Position numbers and translations under genes: made by a program
Source of the DNA: Octopus vulgaris
Lineage: Eukaryota
DNA: 64,000 nucleotides
Assembly (NCBI GenBank): GCA_951406725.2
Contig: OX597832.1
Coordinates: 13,578,001-13,642,000, forward strand
Reading direction: 5' to 3'
The notes under the pieces: model-generated
Database searches by the model: none
What the model was told of the DNA's origin: nothing
The model's input: the letters and a program-made list of their open reading frames with translations, nothing else
In this document: positions 27,444 to 42,412 of the stretch, one piece after another
Layout of the letters: each line of letters starts with the position of its first letter
Numbering within the stretch: the first letter of the stretch is position 1

Positions 27444-28559
27444 ACACACACACACAGACAGAACGGATTTTCTATAATATATATATATACATACTTACAT
27501 ACATACATACATACAAACACATGCGTGTACGTGTCTGTGAGTCTGCTTGTATTTGATAGTTGAATGTCTGTTTGAACCACAGTCTTCTGGAGGCTGCAAA
27601 GAATACATTCAGCACGTTATACGTTTTCTTACAGAGTATGGAGGAGAAAAATGTTTACAGCATGCTCTGTAGACTCTGTGTGTGTGTTTGCATGCATATG
27701 CGTTCGTGCGCACGTGTGTTTTGAGTGTCGTTTTTCCTTGCTGTCGTGTCCATCATTTGCGTCAAGTTTAGATATGATATTAGTTCCCACAGCGTACTTA
27801 ACTAAAATAGCTTCCTTTATTTTCAGGTTTCCAATATTTCTCCCAGTAGCTTCAATGGAAACTTCGATGTTTTGTGAGTAGCATTTCCGTCAGTAGTTTT
27901 TGACGGAAGAAGCATTACGATAGAGGTGTTCTTTAACCCTTATCTGAACTTATATGGTAATATATCTAATGGCACAATCATTCTTTTGCATTTATGGCTG
28001 TAGAGTTGGAAATGTCTGTTTCAATGAGATAGCTTTTATTTATTATTTTTTTATTTCTTGAAATTCTTTCCTTGAAATACTACCGATATTGTCTTCATAG
28101 CAACTTCTGTTAAACGTCTTTGTTTATTTCGATGAACGTTCCAGCGTGTCACCATGGATGGAAATTCTGCCACAAGCATATGTATACTTACTTGTAAAAC
28201 TCCTAGTACTCTAACATGCGTGTGTATATGTGTGGGAGTATATCTGATTACAAATAACTCCACAAATGCTGCAAAAAAAGGTTGATAAATTCTTCGCTTC
28301 GTTAGCCGGATATTTAAGTAACATTTGTTAGTCGGGTGAAAATAGTGTCATATGTGAACGGGGGTTGGAAAATATCATTAGCACAGGAGTGTATAAGCAA
28401 AGAAATTACTGATACGCACAAATGCCGGGACATCCCGGTATTATATTACCAACTGCCGGCAATATCCCGTTTCTCTTTTTCTTCCTCTTTTTTACATCTT
28501 ACCTGAGAAAGGGTGGGTTTCCTCCGTGACCGGGAGATCCGCCTTCCCTCCCTCATCCT

Positions 28560-29288
28560 TAGGATCCTTCGGTGAGCACCCATTGTTGCTCACCTTCTTG
28601 CTCTAACGGTCCTTCTTTGAAGAGTTCTACGCCTCCTCGACCGCATACCTTCTCTCTTCTACAGAGGTCTCAACCATCTGCTCCAGGACATTTCTTTGGT
28701 CCTGGGGCCAGTTCTTTTTTGTATGGCCAGGTTCCAGACGGTGGTGACACTTGGGGGCGACCTTCAAGAATCAGCGGGTACCTGCTCCCAGCCATTGTTA
28801 GAAAGTCTGGAAGACTAACTACTTTACTGATTGGGTCCAAAGAATCAAAATAATTTTTGATCCGACCCAATCAGGCATTGATAATAATTTCGCATTAAGG
28901 TGCTTGGCGTCGCTGCCAACCAAACCCCGTTGGATAGAGTCCTTTAGCCAGCCTGGTTTTAAATTCGGTGTTAACCCGCATACCCAAACCCGCGTCTGTT
29001 TCTTCCCACAATAATTATATTATCCTCCATGGGCTGGCTCACAAAAATGCGAGCCTCCTCAGGGGTATCAGATAGCAATCAAACCGTTGCATATCTGACA
29101 CCCCGTCCAATAAATTTTACATTTGGTAGATAGTCCTTTAAATCTTTTTCTATTACCTCTTTGCTGAGCACAGCGATGACGTCGGGAATCTTCGAATATG
29201 TTCTCAATACCACCGCCTTCTCCTCTTGCTGTTTAATCCATTATTTTGGTGAGATAATCTCCTACTCCAAGACATTCTTTTTCGCCAT
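28560..29288 (-). pseudogene. Degenerate LINE ORF1 (Tx1/L1-like, gag-type zinc knuckle remnant)
   Basis: Minus from ATG 29288: MAKKNVLE..KAVVLRTYSK..LKDYLPNVKFIGRGVRYATV...LPDFLTMAGSRYPLILEGRP, then CHHRLEPGHTKKNWP (eroded CX2CX4HX4C). Confidence 0.55.
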
Positions 29289-30105
29289 GCATTTTTTTAA
29301 AAAAGGTCTCTTAATAGTTCAGCAAATCATATGAAATTAAAAATAAAATTTTAAAAAAAGTTAGAAAGACGACAAGAGAAAAAACAAAGACAGAAAAGAA
29401 AAACAGAAATGAAAAAAAGAAACAGTTCAGCACAACGACAGTTCTTTGCACTGCGATAGTTCAAATCACTGCAACAGATTCTTCAAAAATTAAATTCCGG
29501 CCAACCGGTACTCCTGGACCTTGTATTTTCAAAAAAAGGTACTCCAGTTAAATCGGGAACACAGTAGCAGGAACAAAAATTAATTTACCATTAAATGGTA
29601 AATACACAACGTGGAAAATTTTGTTTTACTACCGCAGCAAGAAGAATCTAAATGTTTATGGCGTTAGAGGTTCCGCCCACCAAACTAATAACATTTAAAA
29701 GTGAACAATGACATTCTTTGTCGCCATGCTGTATTTTTTTAATAAAATTATCTTAATACTTCAACAAAAATTTCAACGGAAATTATAAAAAGTAAAGAAT
29801 TAAAAACAAAATCCGAAAAAAATGTATCAGTTAGAAAAAAGTCAAAACAAAATACATAAATACAGAAAAGATAAAAAGAAATGAGAAAAAAACAGTTCAG
29901 AAGACGACAGTTCTTTACACTGTGATAGTTCAAATCACAGCAATAGCTTTTTCATAAAATTAAATTCCGGCCAAACGGTACTCCAGTTGAGTTAGGAACA
30001 CAGCAGCAGGAACAAAGAATAATTTACCATTAAATGATGATTACACAACGAAGAAAACTTTTTTCACGGAAGCAAAATAATTCCACAGTTTATGACAGCA
30101 GGGTA
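29271..30105. repeat. Diverged tandem duplication, period ~439 bp, covering the LINE 5' UTR and start codon
   Basis: GACATTCTTT(T/G)TCGCCATGC at 29271 and 29710. Shared blocks AAACAGTTCAG..GACAGTTCTTT..GATAGTTCAAATCAC and AAATTAAATTCCGGCCAA.CGGTACTCC. Confidence 0.85.
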
Positions 30106-30898
30106 TCTGTGAACAATTTTGCCTTACAACGTTTCGGGGTCCCAAAATTCCGGGCGTTGTGCCTAGAGTAGAAAAGATTATATTTCATTTCAATAACAAT
30201 AGAGAACATGAACATTTACTGTCTATCAGAGACTATAATGAGTTTGAAAATCCAAGCATATACATTAAGCTTACAATGATATTAGCATTTTACTTTACAG
30301 TAAGTAATATTTAAACACATACTTAATAATTGTAATATTACTTATTACTTAATATTAATTAATAACACTAATGCTGAGTATTGACATCCACTAAGTAACC
30401 AATTAATATAATGTGTCTTCAATTAAAAATGTTTGGAAGATATGAATTGAAATTTAAGTACAATTAATATGGTTTAGTATAACTGTACTTACAAACCTAC
30501 CATAGTAGAATCATAAATAACATACTATATTACGTTACATTATGCAATAGTTAACGATCAGTTTAATGATGATTGTAATAATAAATGTGTATTGACCACT
30601 ATTAATTAGCTGTATAACATTATACACTTTAATGAAATCAATTTTGATTAGGTAATACACCAAATAAATCCACATAATAGTCATAAATGTATACAGTAAA
30701 CCCACATCTGAATGTTAAGTACAAAATCTCAACATACATCTAAATATATGAATTCATGATCCTATAAATTAATAACTAGTATAAATATAATCATTAAAAT
30801 AATTGCTTTGATAATCTTTCAATAATATACATATACGCTTAAGATATAATGAAATACTTTTACCACGAAATATATAAATATACGCACGCAAAAGCAAT

Positions 30899-30953
<55 letters not shown>

Positions 30954-31188
30954 GTATAGATGGTATATACGCATACAGAAACACACACGTGTATAAGCAT
31001 AGGAACATGAGTAAACAAAATTATTAAATATACCTTTGTAGCTAAATATAGATTATATATATTTAATTAATCTCTCACCATAATAAATGCATAACTTAGG
31101 ACTAAAAGATATACACACATTTGTAAATATATATATATGTCCTCACACATACAAAAGTTCCGAAACAAAAGCATTAATAAACGTTTAA

Positions 31189-31255
<67 letters not shown>

Positions 31256-31431
31256 TGTGTATATTTAGGGATAACCACTAGGTGGATAACAAATATGCAA
31301 GAAGATCACATACGATCTAACTACAAAGAAATTCAGCAAAAACCAGAACATAAGCGGGTAAGACAGATGAAAATATATAAAAATCAAGAATTGATTGTAG
31401 ATCGGTCTCTTCTATTACCGATAATTACTTA

Positions 31432-31464
31432 CGTAATGTTTTCGTCCGTAGACTTGTCAGTACG
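31432..31464 (-). ncRNA. Degenerate minimal hammerhead-like motif in a short module (about 31262-31530) between TA repeats
   Basis: Minus: CGTA-CTGACAA-GTC(TACG)GAC-GAAA-ACAT-TACG. G8A without compensation, probably inactive. Confidence 0.45.
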
Positions 31465-31529
31465 ATTGTTCCAATTCAATACAATTTGTAAAACTAAACA
31501 CTAGTTGTCTTACTAAAATTAGACGTGTA

Positions 31530-31820
<291 letters not shown>

Positions 31821-31821
31821 C

Positions 31822-31933
<112 letters not shown>

Positions 31934-32538
31934 TGCGTGTGTGTGTGTACTTGTATAAACATAGGTATACATTTTGTTTCACTTTTACTTTATTTCATTC
32001 CAGGAACAGAAATTTTATTTTTATTTTCATTTTCGTTAACTCTTACTTTCTCTTATTCATTAAGTTATTCATATTTTATTCAATCCATATTAATATCACT
32101 GTTATTAAATTGAACTAAATGGAAACAAAATTACGCATGCGTAGACACACACTAACACACACCTATATATACGTGCATTGTAAACATGTTGATATACAAT
32201 GTATATTCCGAAAGTATCCTAATGCATTAATTATTGTCCTGATGATTTTCCTTATAAGGTATTTAAAATGCGAAAGCATATTTTTAGATGTCCTTTGTAA
32301 ATGTTTTTTTCTTATTTGAGAAATCAAACAATTGTTGATTGACATGTTGATTAATTAATATATCATTTTGTATTCATTAGAGCCCTCTGGTTCTAACTCG
32401 ATAAAAATGCCTGAGATCTTACGATATTCTATATAATATATTCACTGGAGGATTTTCTCTTCAAAATTCAATATATTAAACCAGTGTAACTTGGATAAAT
32501 ATCGCTATAAAAAGTTTGAATATCCTCATTGTGACTAA

Positions 32539-33350
<812 letters not shown>

Positions 33351-34254
33351 GTGTGCGCGCGTATGTGTAAAAGTATATGCGATATATTCTGGCACGCATT
33401 TTTGCATATCCATGTTTGGTTATAATCGTTTAGATACGTACTTTCTATTTTATGAAATGCAATAATGTGTAATAGAGAGAAAATAAGAATAAGAAAAGGC
33501 AGAGAAATACCGATCAACTTAACAATATACTATAAAATAAAAGGCGCGTTATTTGCCGAAATAGACTTCCTAGAAGAGAAGCGTGATAATAACTTTTGAA
33601 TGGATTCAGTTGCGTGCAGAATGAACAATCTATAATCAATGAGTCTACGGTAGGCAACCGGGGCACATAAGAATGTATTGACGGGTAAAATGAACAAAAG
33701 GGAATCATTGTCGAATACTATGATAGATTTGGCAGCTCCAGGTAGTATTGGTGTTATTAATATTTTCGGTGTTAAAGGGGTGACAATAGATTTTAATGGA
33801 AGGCCGATATCGAGAATTTGAAACCTTTACAAGTATTGTTAATACATACGAACGAGGCAGCTCATTCAGCCTGCCGTTTGCGTAAAAGAAAGCTCTATTC
33901 TCTCCTTTTAAGTAATTCATAAATATTACAGATTCACATTGACACGCACTTGGCGGAAATATCAGAGTGATATAAGAGCCAAGGTGGTGATTGAAATAAC
34001 TTCGTTCTAATCTACAAGGAAACTATTCTAACCGATACCGTAGGGACTATACACGAATAAGTCGATTGATGAGAGGATTCCAATAGAGAATGTTTCTAAC
34101 AACTACGCATTGTAAAACAAACTATTCAACTTTTCGTGCTAATGGGATTTTGCATCATCTTCAGTTGACATCTAATATATTATAAGGACGGAACATATCA
34201 AAGCATGTTACAATGAAATCTCCTTCCACCGGTTTGTCACTAACGCTTTCTAAA

Positions 34255-34730
<476 letters not shown>

Positions 34731-35091
34731 TATATATTCCCATGATTATACTTATATGCTTGTACGAAACCATATACACTACATACAAACGTGATAGGTT
34801 TTATATCAGTCTATATATATGCAATGAGAGAGAGAAACCTGAGAGAAATATTCCAGCCGAAGAATAAATTTATACCTGCACTTATAAATATTGGAGGGCG
34901 GAGGTTTTCTCCTGGTTCAGCAATTATCTTGTAAAAGGAATCATTCATATAAAGGAATGAGAGATATAAGATAATAAATATACCGTGAAGTGAATTAGCA
35001 CTGTGGTGTAATATTGTAAGTTAGTAGAGTGTATCCACAATTGTTGAAATATGAAGACAGAGCGCAGAATTTGATAGAAATACATACATAT

Positions 35092-35174
<83 letters not shown>

Positions 35175-35203
35175 CGTGTGTGTGTATTTATATATATATA
35201 TAT

Positions 35204-35475
35204 AGGCGTAGAAGTGGCACTGTGGTAAGTAGCTTGCTTAAGAACCACATGGTTCCGAGTTCAGTCCCACTGCGTGGCACCTTGGTCAATAGTCTTCTGC
35301 TATAACCTCGGGCTAACCAATGCCTTGTAAATGGATTTCGTAGACAGAAACTGAAAGAAGCCTGTCGTATATATACTAGGCTTACAAAGAATAAATCCTG
35401 GGGTCGATTTGCTCGACTAAAGGGGGTGCTCCAGCATGGCCACAGTCAAATTACTGAAACAAGTAAAAGAGTAAA

Positions 35476-35476
<1 letters not shown>
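35204..35476 (+). mobile_element. SINE family A (internal deletion)
   Basis: Head and tail match 21386-21806; the middle segment is missing. Confidence 0.85.
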
Positions 35477-35542
<66 letters not shown>

Positions 35543-35589
35543 TGAGAAAGTTGGTTTGTGAAAGCACGTGGTTGATTATATAGAAAATA

Positions 35590-35770
35590 TAGTGAAGATA
35601 GATTTTTCATAATTTTTTGTGGGGTGTAGTTGGTAATTTTTTCATAATGTTGGTTGTCATCAAGCAAGGAAATTACAAGATTTCTATAGTATGATGTATC
35701 CATTATTACAACTGCATTTCCCTTGTCTGCTTCCTTAATGGTTATATCTTCATCATTTTGAAGTTCTATC
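35590..35770 (-). mobile_element. Inverted 5' segment of the Penelope-like element
   Basis: ORF 35446..35775(-) encodes ELQNDEDITIKEADKGNAVVIMD (PLE DKG motif)...TNYTPQKIMKNLSSL, the region just upstream of and overlapping the plus-strand part. Confidence 0.9.
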
Positions 35771-37738
35771 ACCAACTACACCCCACGAAAAAATTATGAA
35801 AAATATATCTTCACTAATTAAAACTCATGAAAAGGAACTAACAACCAAAGAGATTGACTTTCTAACAAACTTTAAATGCAAACCTAGCCTCTTCTATGGT
35901 CTGCCAAAAATTCATAAAAGCCAAATTATAAATGAAACCATTAAAAAATCACCAAAGACATACATACACACACCTAACCCGGGGGACCTAAAATTACGAC
36001 CCATTGTAGCTGGCCCAACCTGTGAAACACAGACTAAGTCTATTTATGGACATCCTCCTGAAACCCTTCCTTAAACATATCGATAGCCATATCAGATATG
36101 ACTTAGACATGTTAAACCACCTTCCAAAAAAAGCCAAGGAAGAAACAATCATGGTTTCATTTGATGTAGTTAACTTATATACCAGTATACCTCATAATTA
36201 TGGACTAGATGCAATACAGTTCTGGCTGGACCAATTTCCGGAAGAAATACCAAAAAGGGTCAGTAAAGAATTCATTACTAAATCAATTGAATTCATCCTA
36301 CATAATAACCACTTCATGTTTGACAATACATTTTACCGTCAAAAATCCGGAATTGCTATGGGTACAAGGGCAGCACCAGTCATTGCGAACCTAACAATGG
36401 GCTACCTGGAAATAATCATTTACCAGGAATCTTTATCAATCTTTGGAAAACCCCTCTCTCAATACATAAAAGAGAATTGGAAACGATTCCTGGACGATTG
36501 TTTTATACTCTGGAATGAAAACACAGATAAACTCCAAAAATTTAAAAACCTAGTGAACAGCATAAACCCAAATATACAGTTCACAATGGAATACAACAAA
36601 AAGGAACTCCCATTCTTGGATATGCTAATTAAAAATATTAACCTTTAAATAGAAACAGACATTTTTTACAAAGCCACAGACGCCAAACAATATCTTCTTT
36701 TTGATTCATGCCACCCAAGACACACTAAAACAAACATCCCCTTCAACCTTGCAAGAAGGATATGCACAATAGTGTCAGAACAAAATACCAGGAACTTTAG
36801 ACTGCAAGAACTGAAAAACACCCTAATTGACAGACATTACTCAGCTCAACTCATAGAGGATGGGATCAGACGTGCAACAGATATCAACATAGAAACTTTA
36901 AGAAAAGTTCAACACAACAACACACCTTCCCCGAAAATACTACTTTACATATCCACATACAACCCCAGAAACAAAGAAGCCTTCACCATCATTACCCAGA
37001 ATTTACCAATACTTCATAAGGACCCCAAATTAACGGAAATTCTAAACCTACACCAAATCATTAAAAGCTACAAACAACCTAAATCACCGAAAAAGATTCT
37101 CACAAAGGCAAAAAAGATTCTCACAAAGACAGAAATTCAAGATCAAATCTAAGTTTACTTGTGCCTCTGAAAACATAATTTATGTCATAAAATGCTCGGG
37201 CTGCCACCAAGACTACGTGGGATCCACGGGACTATCACTCAGACGTAGATGCACACTGCATCGACAACAGATTGCATTCCTAGAATACAGAATGATACCC
37301 TTTAGTGAGCACATTGAGAAATGCGCAAAGCAACTACTACCACAATTTTTAATATTTCCATTTTACTAATGTGCTATCGGAACACCAACACAAATTAGAC
37401 TATACAAGGAAACATTCTTCATTGAAAAGTACAAGCCCAGACTTAACCATCATACTTATACAGAGAAATTCACTCCAAAGGAAAGATAAAAAAATTTAAG
37501 CGATTATCTCCCTTACACCGGAAGAAATCACTTATTACCTCCCCTTATTTGGAACTCTTCTCAACGTAAACATAACGATGTAAGAAATTTGAAAAGCTGA
37601 ACGCGAAACCGGTCATTTCTTCTAAACTATGTCATTGTATGAAAAAAATTGATAACATTCTTCAGACATAATGACTCAAATATATATTTTTTAACCTTTT
37701 AAAACAAGCCTTCTGTAGTTTTTTCACTTTCTACTATT

Positions 37739-37741
<3 letters not shown>
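35771..37741 (+). pseudogene. Penelope-like retroelement (probably Neptune-type): RT, GIY-YIG endonuclease and 3' pseudo-LTR
   Basis: FYGLPKIHK, LRPIVAG, SFDVVNLYTSIP, GIAMGTRAAPVIANL, RFLDD, then TCASENIIYVIKCSGCHQDYVGSTG (37157-37230) and EKYKPRLN. Frameshifts ~35787, ~36030, ~37130; stops at 36646 and ~37367. Ends in (TA)n at 37742. Confidence 0.95.
37582..37621 (+). ncRNA. Minimal hammerhead ribozyme in PLE 3' region, U3-A8 variant
   Basis: AAGAAAT-TTGAAAA-GC(TGAAC)GC-GAAA-CCG-GTC-ATTTCTT: perfect 7-bp stem I, palindromic ACCGGT stem III, GUC site. Confidence 0.75.
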
Positions 37742-37804
<63 letters not shown>

Positions 37805-37849
37805 CATACACACACATATATATAGGGAGAGTTAACGAAAAAATATATT

Positions 37850-37976
37850 TGAAGGCGCGTGTTTAGTGGTTAGGGCATTCGACTCACGATTGTAAGGTAG
37901 TAAGAACAATTACGGTAACGCGTTGTGCCCTTGAGTAAGACACTCTATTTCCCGTTGTTCCAGTCCTCTAAGCTGA
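37850..37976 (+). mobile_element. SINE family C 5' part
   Basis: GGCGCGTGTTTAGTGGTTAGGG..CACGATTGTAAGG..TTGAGTAAGACACTCTATTTCCCGTTGTTCCAGTCC. Confidence 0.65.
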
Positions 37977-38104
37977 GTCCCTCACCGTCGTTGGAGTGAA
38001 CCTTTACACGCATATGCGCGCACACACACACTCACACGCAAGCAGACACACACAAACACACACACACAAACACACACCACACACAAACATACATACATAT
38101 ATAT

Positions 38105-38148
<44 letters not shown>

Positions 38149-38152
<4 letters not shown>

Positions 38153-38339
38153 CTTTACTACCCACAAGGGGCTACGAGCAGAGGGGACAAATAAGGACAG
38201 ACAAGCTGATTACGTCGACCCCAGTGCGTAACTGTTACTTAATTTATCGACCCCGAAAGGATGAAAAGCAAAGTCGACCTCGGCGGAATTTTAACTCAGA
38301 ACGTAACGGCAGACGAATTACAGCTACGCATTTCGCCCA
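38149..38339 (-). mobile_element. SINE family B (5'-truncated)
   Basis: Colinear with units of the 44374-45755 array. Confidence 0.85.
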
Positions 38340-39239
38340 TGTGTGTGTATTTGTGTATTTGTGTGTAAATGGACCAAAAACGCAATAGAGAGCATTCAAA
38401 CGTTCGGGCAGATAGACGACACAAGGCGGACAAGAGAAAGAACAATTAGAAGGACAGGCTTTCTTTTTTGAGTCAAGAAAAAATATCTAGGCTAAGAGCT
38501 GTAGACCTATTTGTAAGAAACCTAGCGAATGTGTACGGCAACAAAGACAAAAAGAAAACATGGTAAAGAATTAAGAATACAAACAACAAGAAATAACAAC
38601 AGGCGTCTTTCGACTGAGAACAATTGAAATTAATCCGGCGAGTATGGAGTGAAAGCCTAAAGGCAGGAACATGTGAGATGGACACAAGACGTGTTGACAG
38701 TCGGCAGTCAGGCCGAGGAAGAAAGATCATGGCTGGCTGGACATCGGTCATGTGGAAAGAGGAGAAAAAGTTAGGGAGCAGTGGGATAGAAGGATTAGAA
38801 AAATATCAGAGACAAAGGGAAAGGTGCAGGGGTAATAAACGAGTGGGAAATAGCGGGAATTGAAGAAAGAGGGCAAAGCAATTTGAGAGAGCGGGAGTGA
38901 AAGAACGGAAGAAAAATGAGAGGAGGAATAAAAGATAGAGTAAGTGTCGTTCTAAATTTAGACACATACCTACTGTAAGGTGAGCACAAGGGTGTACGTG
39001 ACCCGCTATACTTACACACATACACACGCACACACAAGGAACAAAAATGCAATAAAGGACATGCTTGTAGGTACATGTGTTTTGAGAAGCTTGCTTCTCA
39101 ATGACATAGCCCTGCGTTCAATCGAGGTACGTGACAAATTGGACAACCGTATTTTTGTAGAGTGCCGGGCCGACCAAAGATTTCTGAGTTGATTTGCAAG
39201 ACAGGACATGAAAGAATATATATGAATACGCACACACAT

Positions 39240-39305
<66 letters not shown>

Positions 39306-39311
39306 ACACAT

Positions 39312-39423
39312 AATCTCCAGGGATACAGGCTTCCAGCAACAGGACCTCCGTAATGTTATGATGGACCGTGAAGTCTGGCGTAGCATGGTAAATTCCATTG
39401 TCTCGACCACGGTCGAACAATGA

Positions 39424-39427
<4 letters not shown>
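39312..39427 (+). mobile_element. RTE-like LINE extreme 3' end
   Basis: Encodes SRDTGFQQQDLRNVMMDREVWRSMVNSIVSTTVEQ* (DR..WR C-terminal motif), then a (TGA)n tail. Confidence 0.6.
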
Positions 39428-39495
<68 letters not shown>

Positions 39496-39518
39496 ATACG
39501 TTTCTGTTTGTTCATATG

Positions 39519-39580
39519 TTTGATGTACTGTTGTTTCTATAACCGACAGACGACCGAATCCATTACATCATCAGTATAAA
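39519..39580 (-). ncRNA. Candidate hammerhead-like motif
   Basis: Minus: TTTATA-CTGATGA-TGTAA...TTATA-GAAA-C(AACA)G-TA-CATCAAA. Intact core, weak stem I. The 3' side runs into (TA)n ending at 39490. Confidence 0.35.
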
Positions 39581-39736
39581 GGTCTATCCCTCATTTATTG
39601 CTGAAGATTATATCGTGAAACATTCTATTATCACACTTTGCAATGAAATTTATAACGTTATAGGCATGACACGCTTTGAGAAAGCGTATAAATTTAGTAG
39701 ATACAACTAATTACTTTGCGTATATATTTTTTGTTT

Positions 39737-42411
39737 ATTTAAACAAAAACTAATGATTCATTGTAAACATTGCCTCTAAATGCGACATAATGTAATGGAA
39801 GTCATAAATTGAGTACGTAAATACCAATATATATATATAGGATTGTTTCTCTATATTGTCCATCGCCGTGACCGTTGTGGTCGTTATTCATATTAATATT
39901 CCTAGGTACTAAATTTTATCAGTTATTATCATTATTATCATTATACATAGCAGGATGTTTAACAGCATTGCTTCTGACTCTAGATGTGAGTTGTAATGCA
40001 AATGCGGTCAAATTTTGACTTTCATCTTTTCAGGATAGATAAAATATGCCCCAGTCATTTACTTCTTTCAATGCAATTTGTTAGTCCTTTCCCTAACATT
40101 TCAGGCCATGTGCCTAGTGTTAAAAGAAGAACCAGAACTTACGGTTTATCCCTCCCAGCAGCGTTATCATAATCCTCATGCACTTAACATTTTTTAATAA
40201 TTTTCCTACAAAGTTTGACCAAGCCCCTCAGCGCGTACATTTAGAATAAAATTATACGTTTCAATATATGATAATAATTTGCTGATACAATATTTTAGAC
40301 ATGGGGTTAGAATTTTCATGCATTTTTACTCGCACATTGACACACACGCACACATACACGATTGTTGCCGCAAATATATCCCACGAAATAGTAATATTCT
40401 AATTCTTTTCTTATTTTGGAGCAATTTTGAGGAGTGGAGAAATCGATTACATTCACCCTTATACACAGCTGGTTCCTATTTTAGTTGTTGCTGTTTGCTC
40501 CTTCTGAAGCCATGCCTGGCTCATAAGGGCCGGTTTCCCGGTTTCTTGGCGTATAGGTTCCCCACCAGGACGGGACGCCGGTCCATCGCCGGTGAGCTGC
40601 AAGATACAGGAGGAAAGAGTGAGGGAAAGAGTTAGCAGAAGTTCGCTATTACCTTCTGCCGAGCCGCGTGGAGCTTAGGTGTTTCGCTCATAAACACACA
40701 CATCATCCGGTCTGAGATTCGAACCCGCGATCCCCCCACTGCGAGTCCGCTGCTCTAACCACTAGGCCATGTGCCTCCACAGGATGTTTCCTATCTTAAC
40801 AATCCCGAAAGGATTTATGGCAAAACTGAACTTGGAGTATTACGAAGGTAAAGATGGACGAAATACGATCAATGACTTTCTCCGGCGTGCTAACAGACAT
40901 ACCATTTCTACATATTGAAATATGCATTTAACGTCTTCAGGAGGACATCTCTTTATGATGCACCTTGACTATATTATTGATACATGGAAGTGAACAGTTC
41001 AATCCAAAGTAACAAATTTTCAATGAACACAAGGCACTTTTGATTTCAAGACAAACTTTCATGTAATCAATCTTTTTATCCAACGATGATTGAAGTTTGC
41101 ATTGTAATTACATTTATATATTTATATGTAATATGATATAATATAACATAATTAGCCAGTCAGTAATGGAATATACTAACATGTTGACATTAGACTATAT
41201 GAAATACCTCTATTACAATCGCTTGTAATTAATGTCTTAAATTTCAAAAGAAAACCAAAATATTGACTAGTGTATCTGAAAATGAACTAGAAATTACTTT
41301 GCACTCAATGAGAGCCATTACGAGATTAAACCAAGAATTATGCATTGCCGGAGAAACAATCAAGTTATCAAATTTGCCACTTGATATTAATGTTTTTTCT
41401 CGTGAATTTATAGGGGTCACTCATTTGTTTGCATTGATTATTAAGAAATCTGCAAAAAAATATTAATAGAAAGGAAATAAGCTCTTATTGCGATTATGAT
41501 CTCATTTGTAAAAAAAAAATATTTTTAGAGGAAACAATATAGTATGAAAATACATTTCTATTTGAAACTCTATAATAGGTTATCTATAAAACTTTATGCT
41601 AATCTTAAAATCACAAACTTTTATGCAATATTAAACGCGAAAATTTCCCTATACTACATCCTCCCTGAGAAGAATAAAATAAGTAAACAGGAAAACGAAG
41701 CAGCTAACTGCTATTAAAAAATATCGGAAATGTAGTTAAAATTTACTCTGCCGATTAAGAAGTCTTTCACGACAGTTAAATGTACTACAATGACTACCTA
41801 AACAAACCATTTAGAATATGAATGTATACGATATCTTCCAAAACACTAATCAATAAGTATAATATGAGACACAGTAAGTATAGAATTAGAATTAGCTAGT
41901 AGGTGCTTTCCTTAAAATGATTTTAGAAATAAAACTTCTGACGCCCAGCAACTTTTACGGAAATAATCTATAACAAAAAATACAATATTTCTTCTGAAAA
42001 CCCATTTAAAATATTACATTTTTATATTTGGTTTTCAAGATTCATTGTGTGAATTCGTATGTTGAAGCAAATTACGTTGCGTCTGAGGGGTGTCATATTG
42101 TCTTCAGGCCTATTATCTAAGGTATTCACCGGTTCGATTTCCACGCATTTATTATTTATATTTTTCAACCTTGTCAGAGGACGTTAAGAGTTGAAAATCA
42201 TGCTCTCCTTTGTTTTAAATTTTTCTCCTTCCCGCCTGGTACCTAGGACTATTAATATGATAAACGACCACAACGGTCACGGCGATGGACAATATAGAGA
42301 AACAATTCTATATATATATATTGGTGTTTATGTACACAATTTATGACTTCCATTACTTTACGTCGCATTTAGAGGCAATGTTTACAATGAATCATTAGTT
42401 TTTGTTTAAAT
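39737..42411. repeat. ~173-bp inverted repeat pair (39737-39909 / 42239-42411)
   Basis: TTGTCCATCGCCGTGACCGTTGTGGTCGTT and its flanks recur reverse-complemented 2.3 kb away with few mismatches. Confidence 0.9.
40495..40781 (-). mobile_element. SINE family C nested in an old family B copy (about 40420-40895)
   Basis: Minus head GTGGAGGCACATGGCCTAGTGGTTAGAGC..GGGTTCGAATC; tail shared with 9807-10071. Host B sequence resumes at ~40790. Confidence 0.8.
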
Positions 42412-42412
42412 T

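Noticed and set aside
36022-36648. 208-aa RT ORF as a functional gene
   Set aside because: It is a fragment of a frameshifted, 5'-truncated PLE.
38370-38930. Purine-rich segment possibly from a retroelement 3' end
   Set aside because: No second copy in the window and no clear protein or ribozyme motif.
39596-39645. Plus-strand CTGAAGA..GAAAC motif
   Set aside because: No stem II and no properly placed NUH or stem I.
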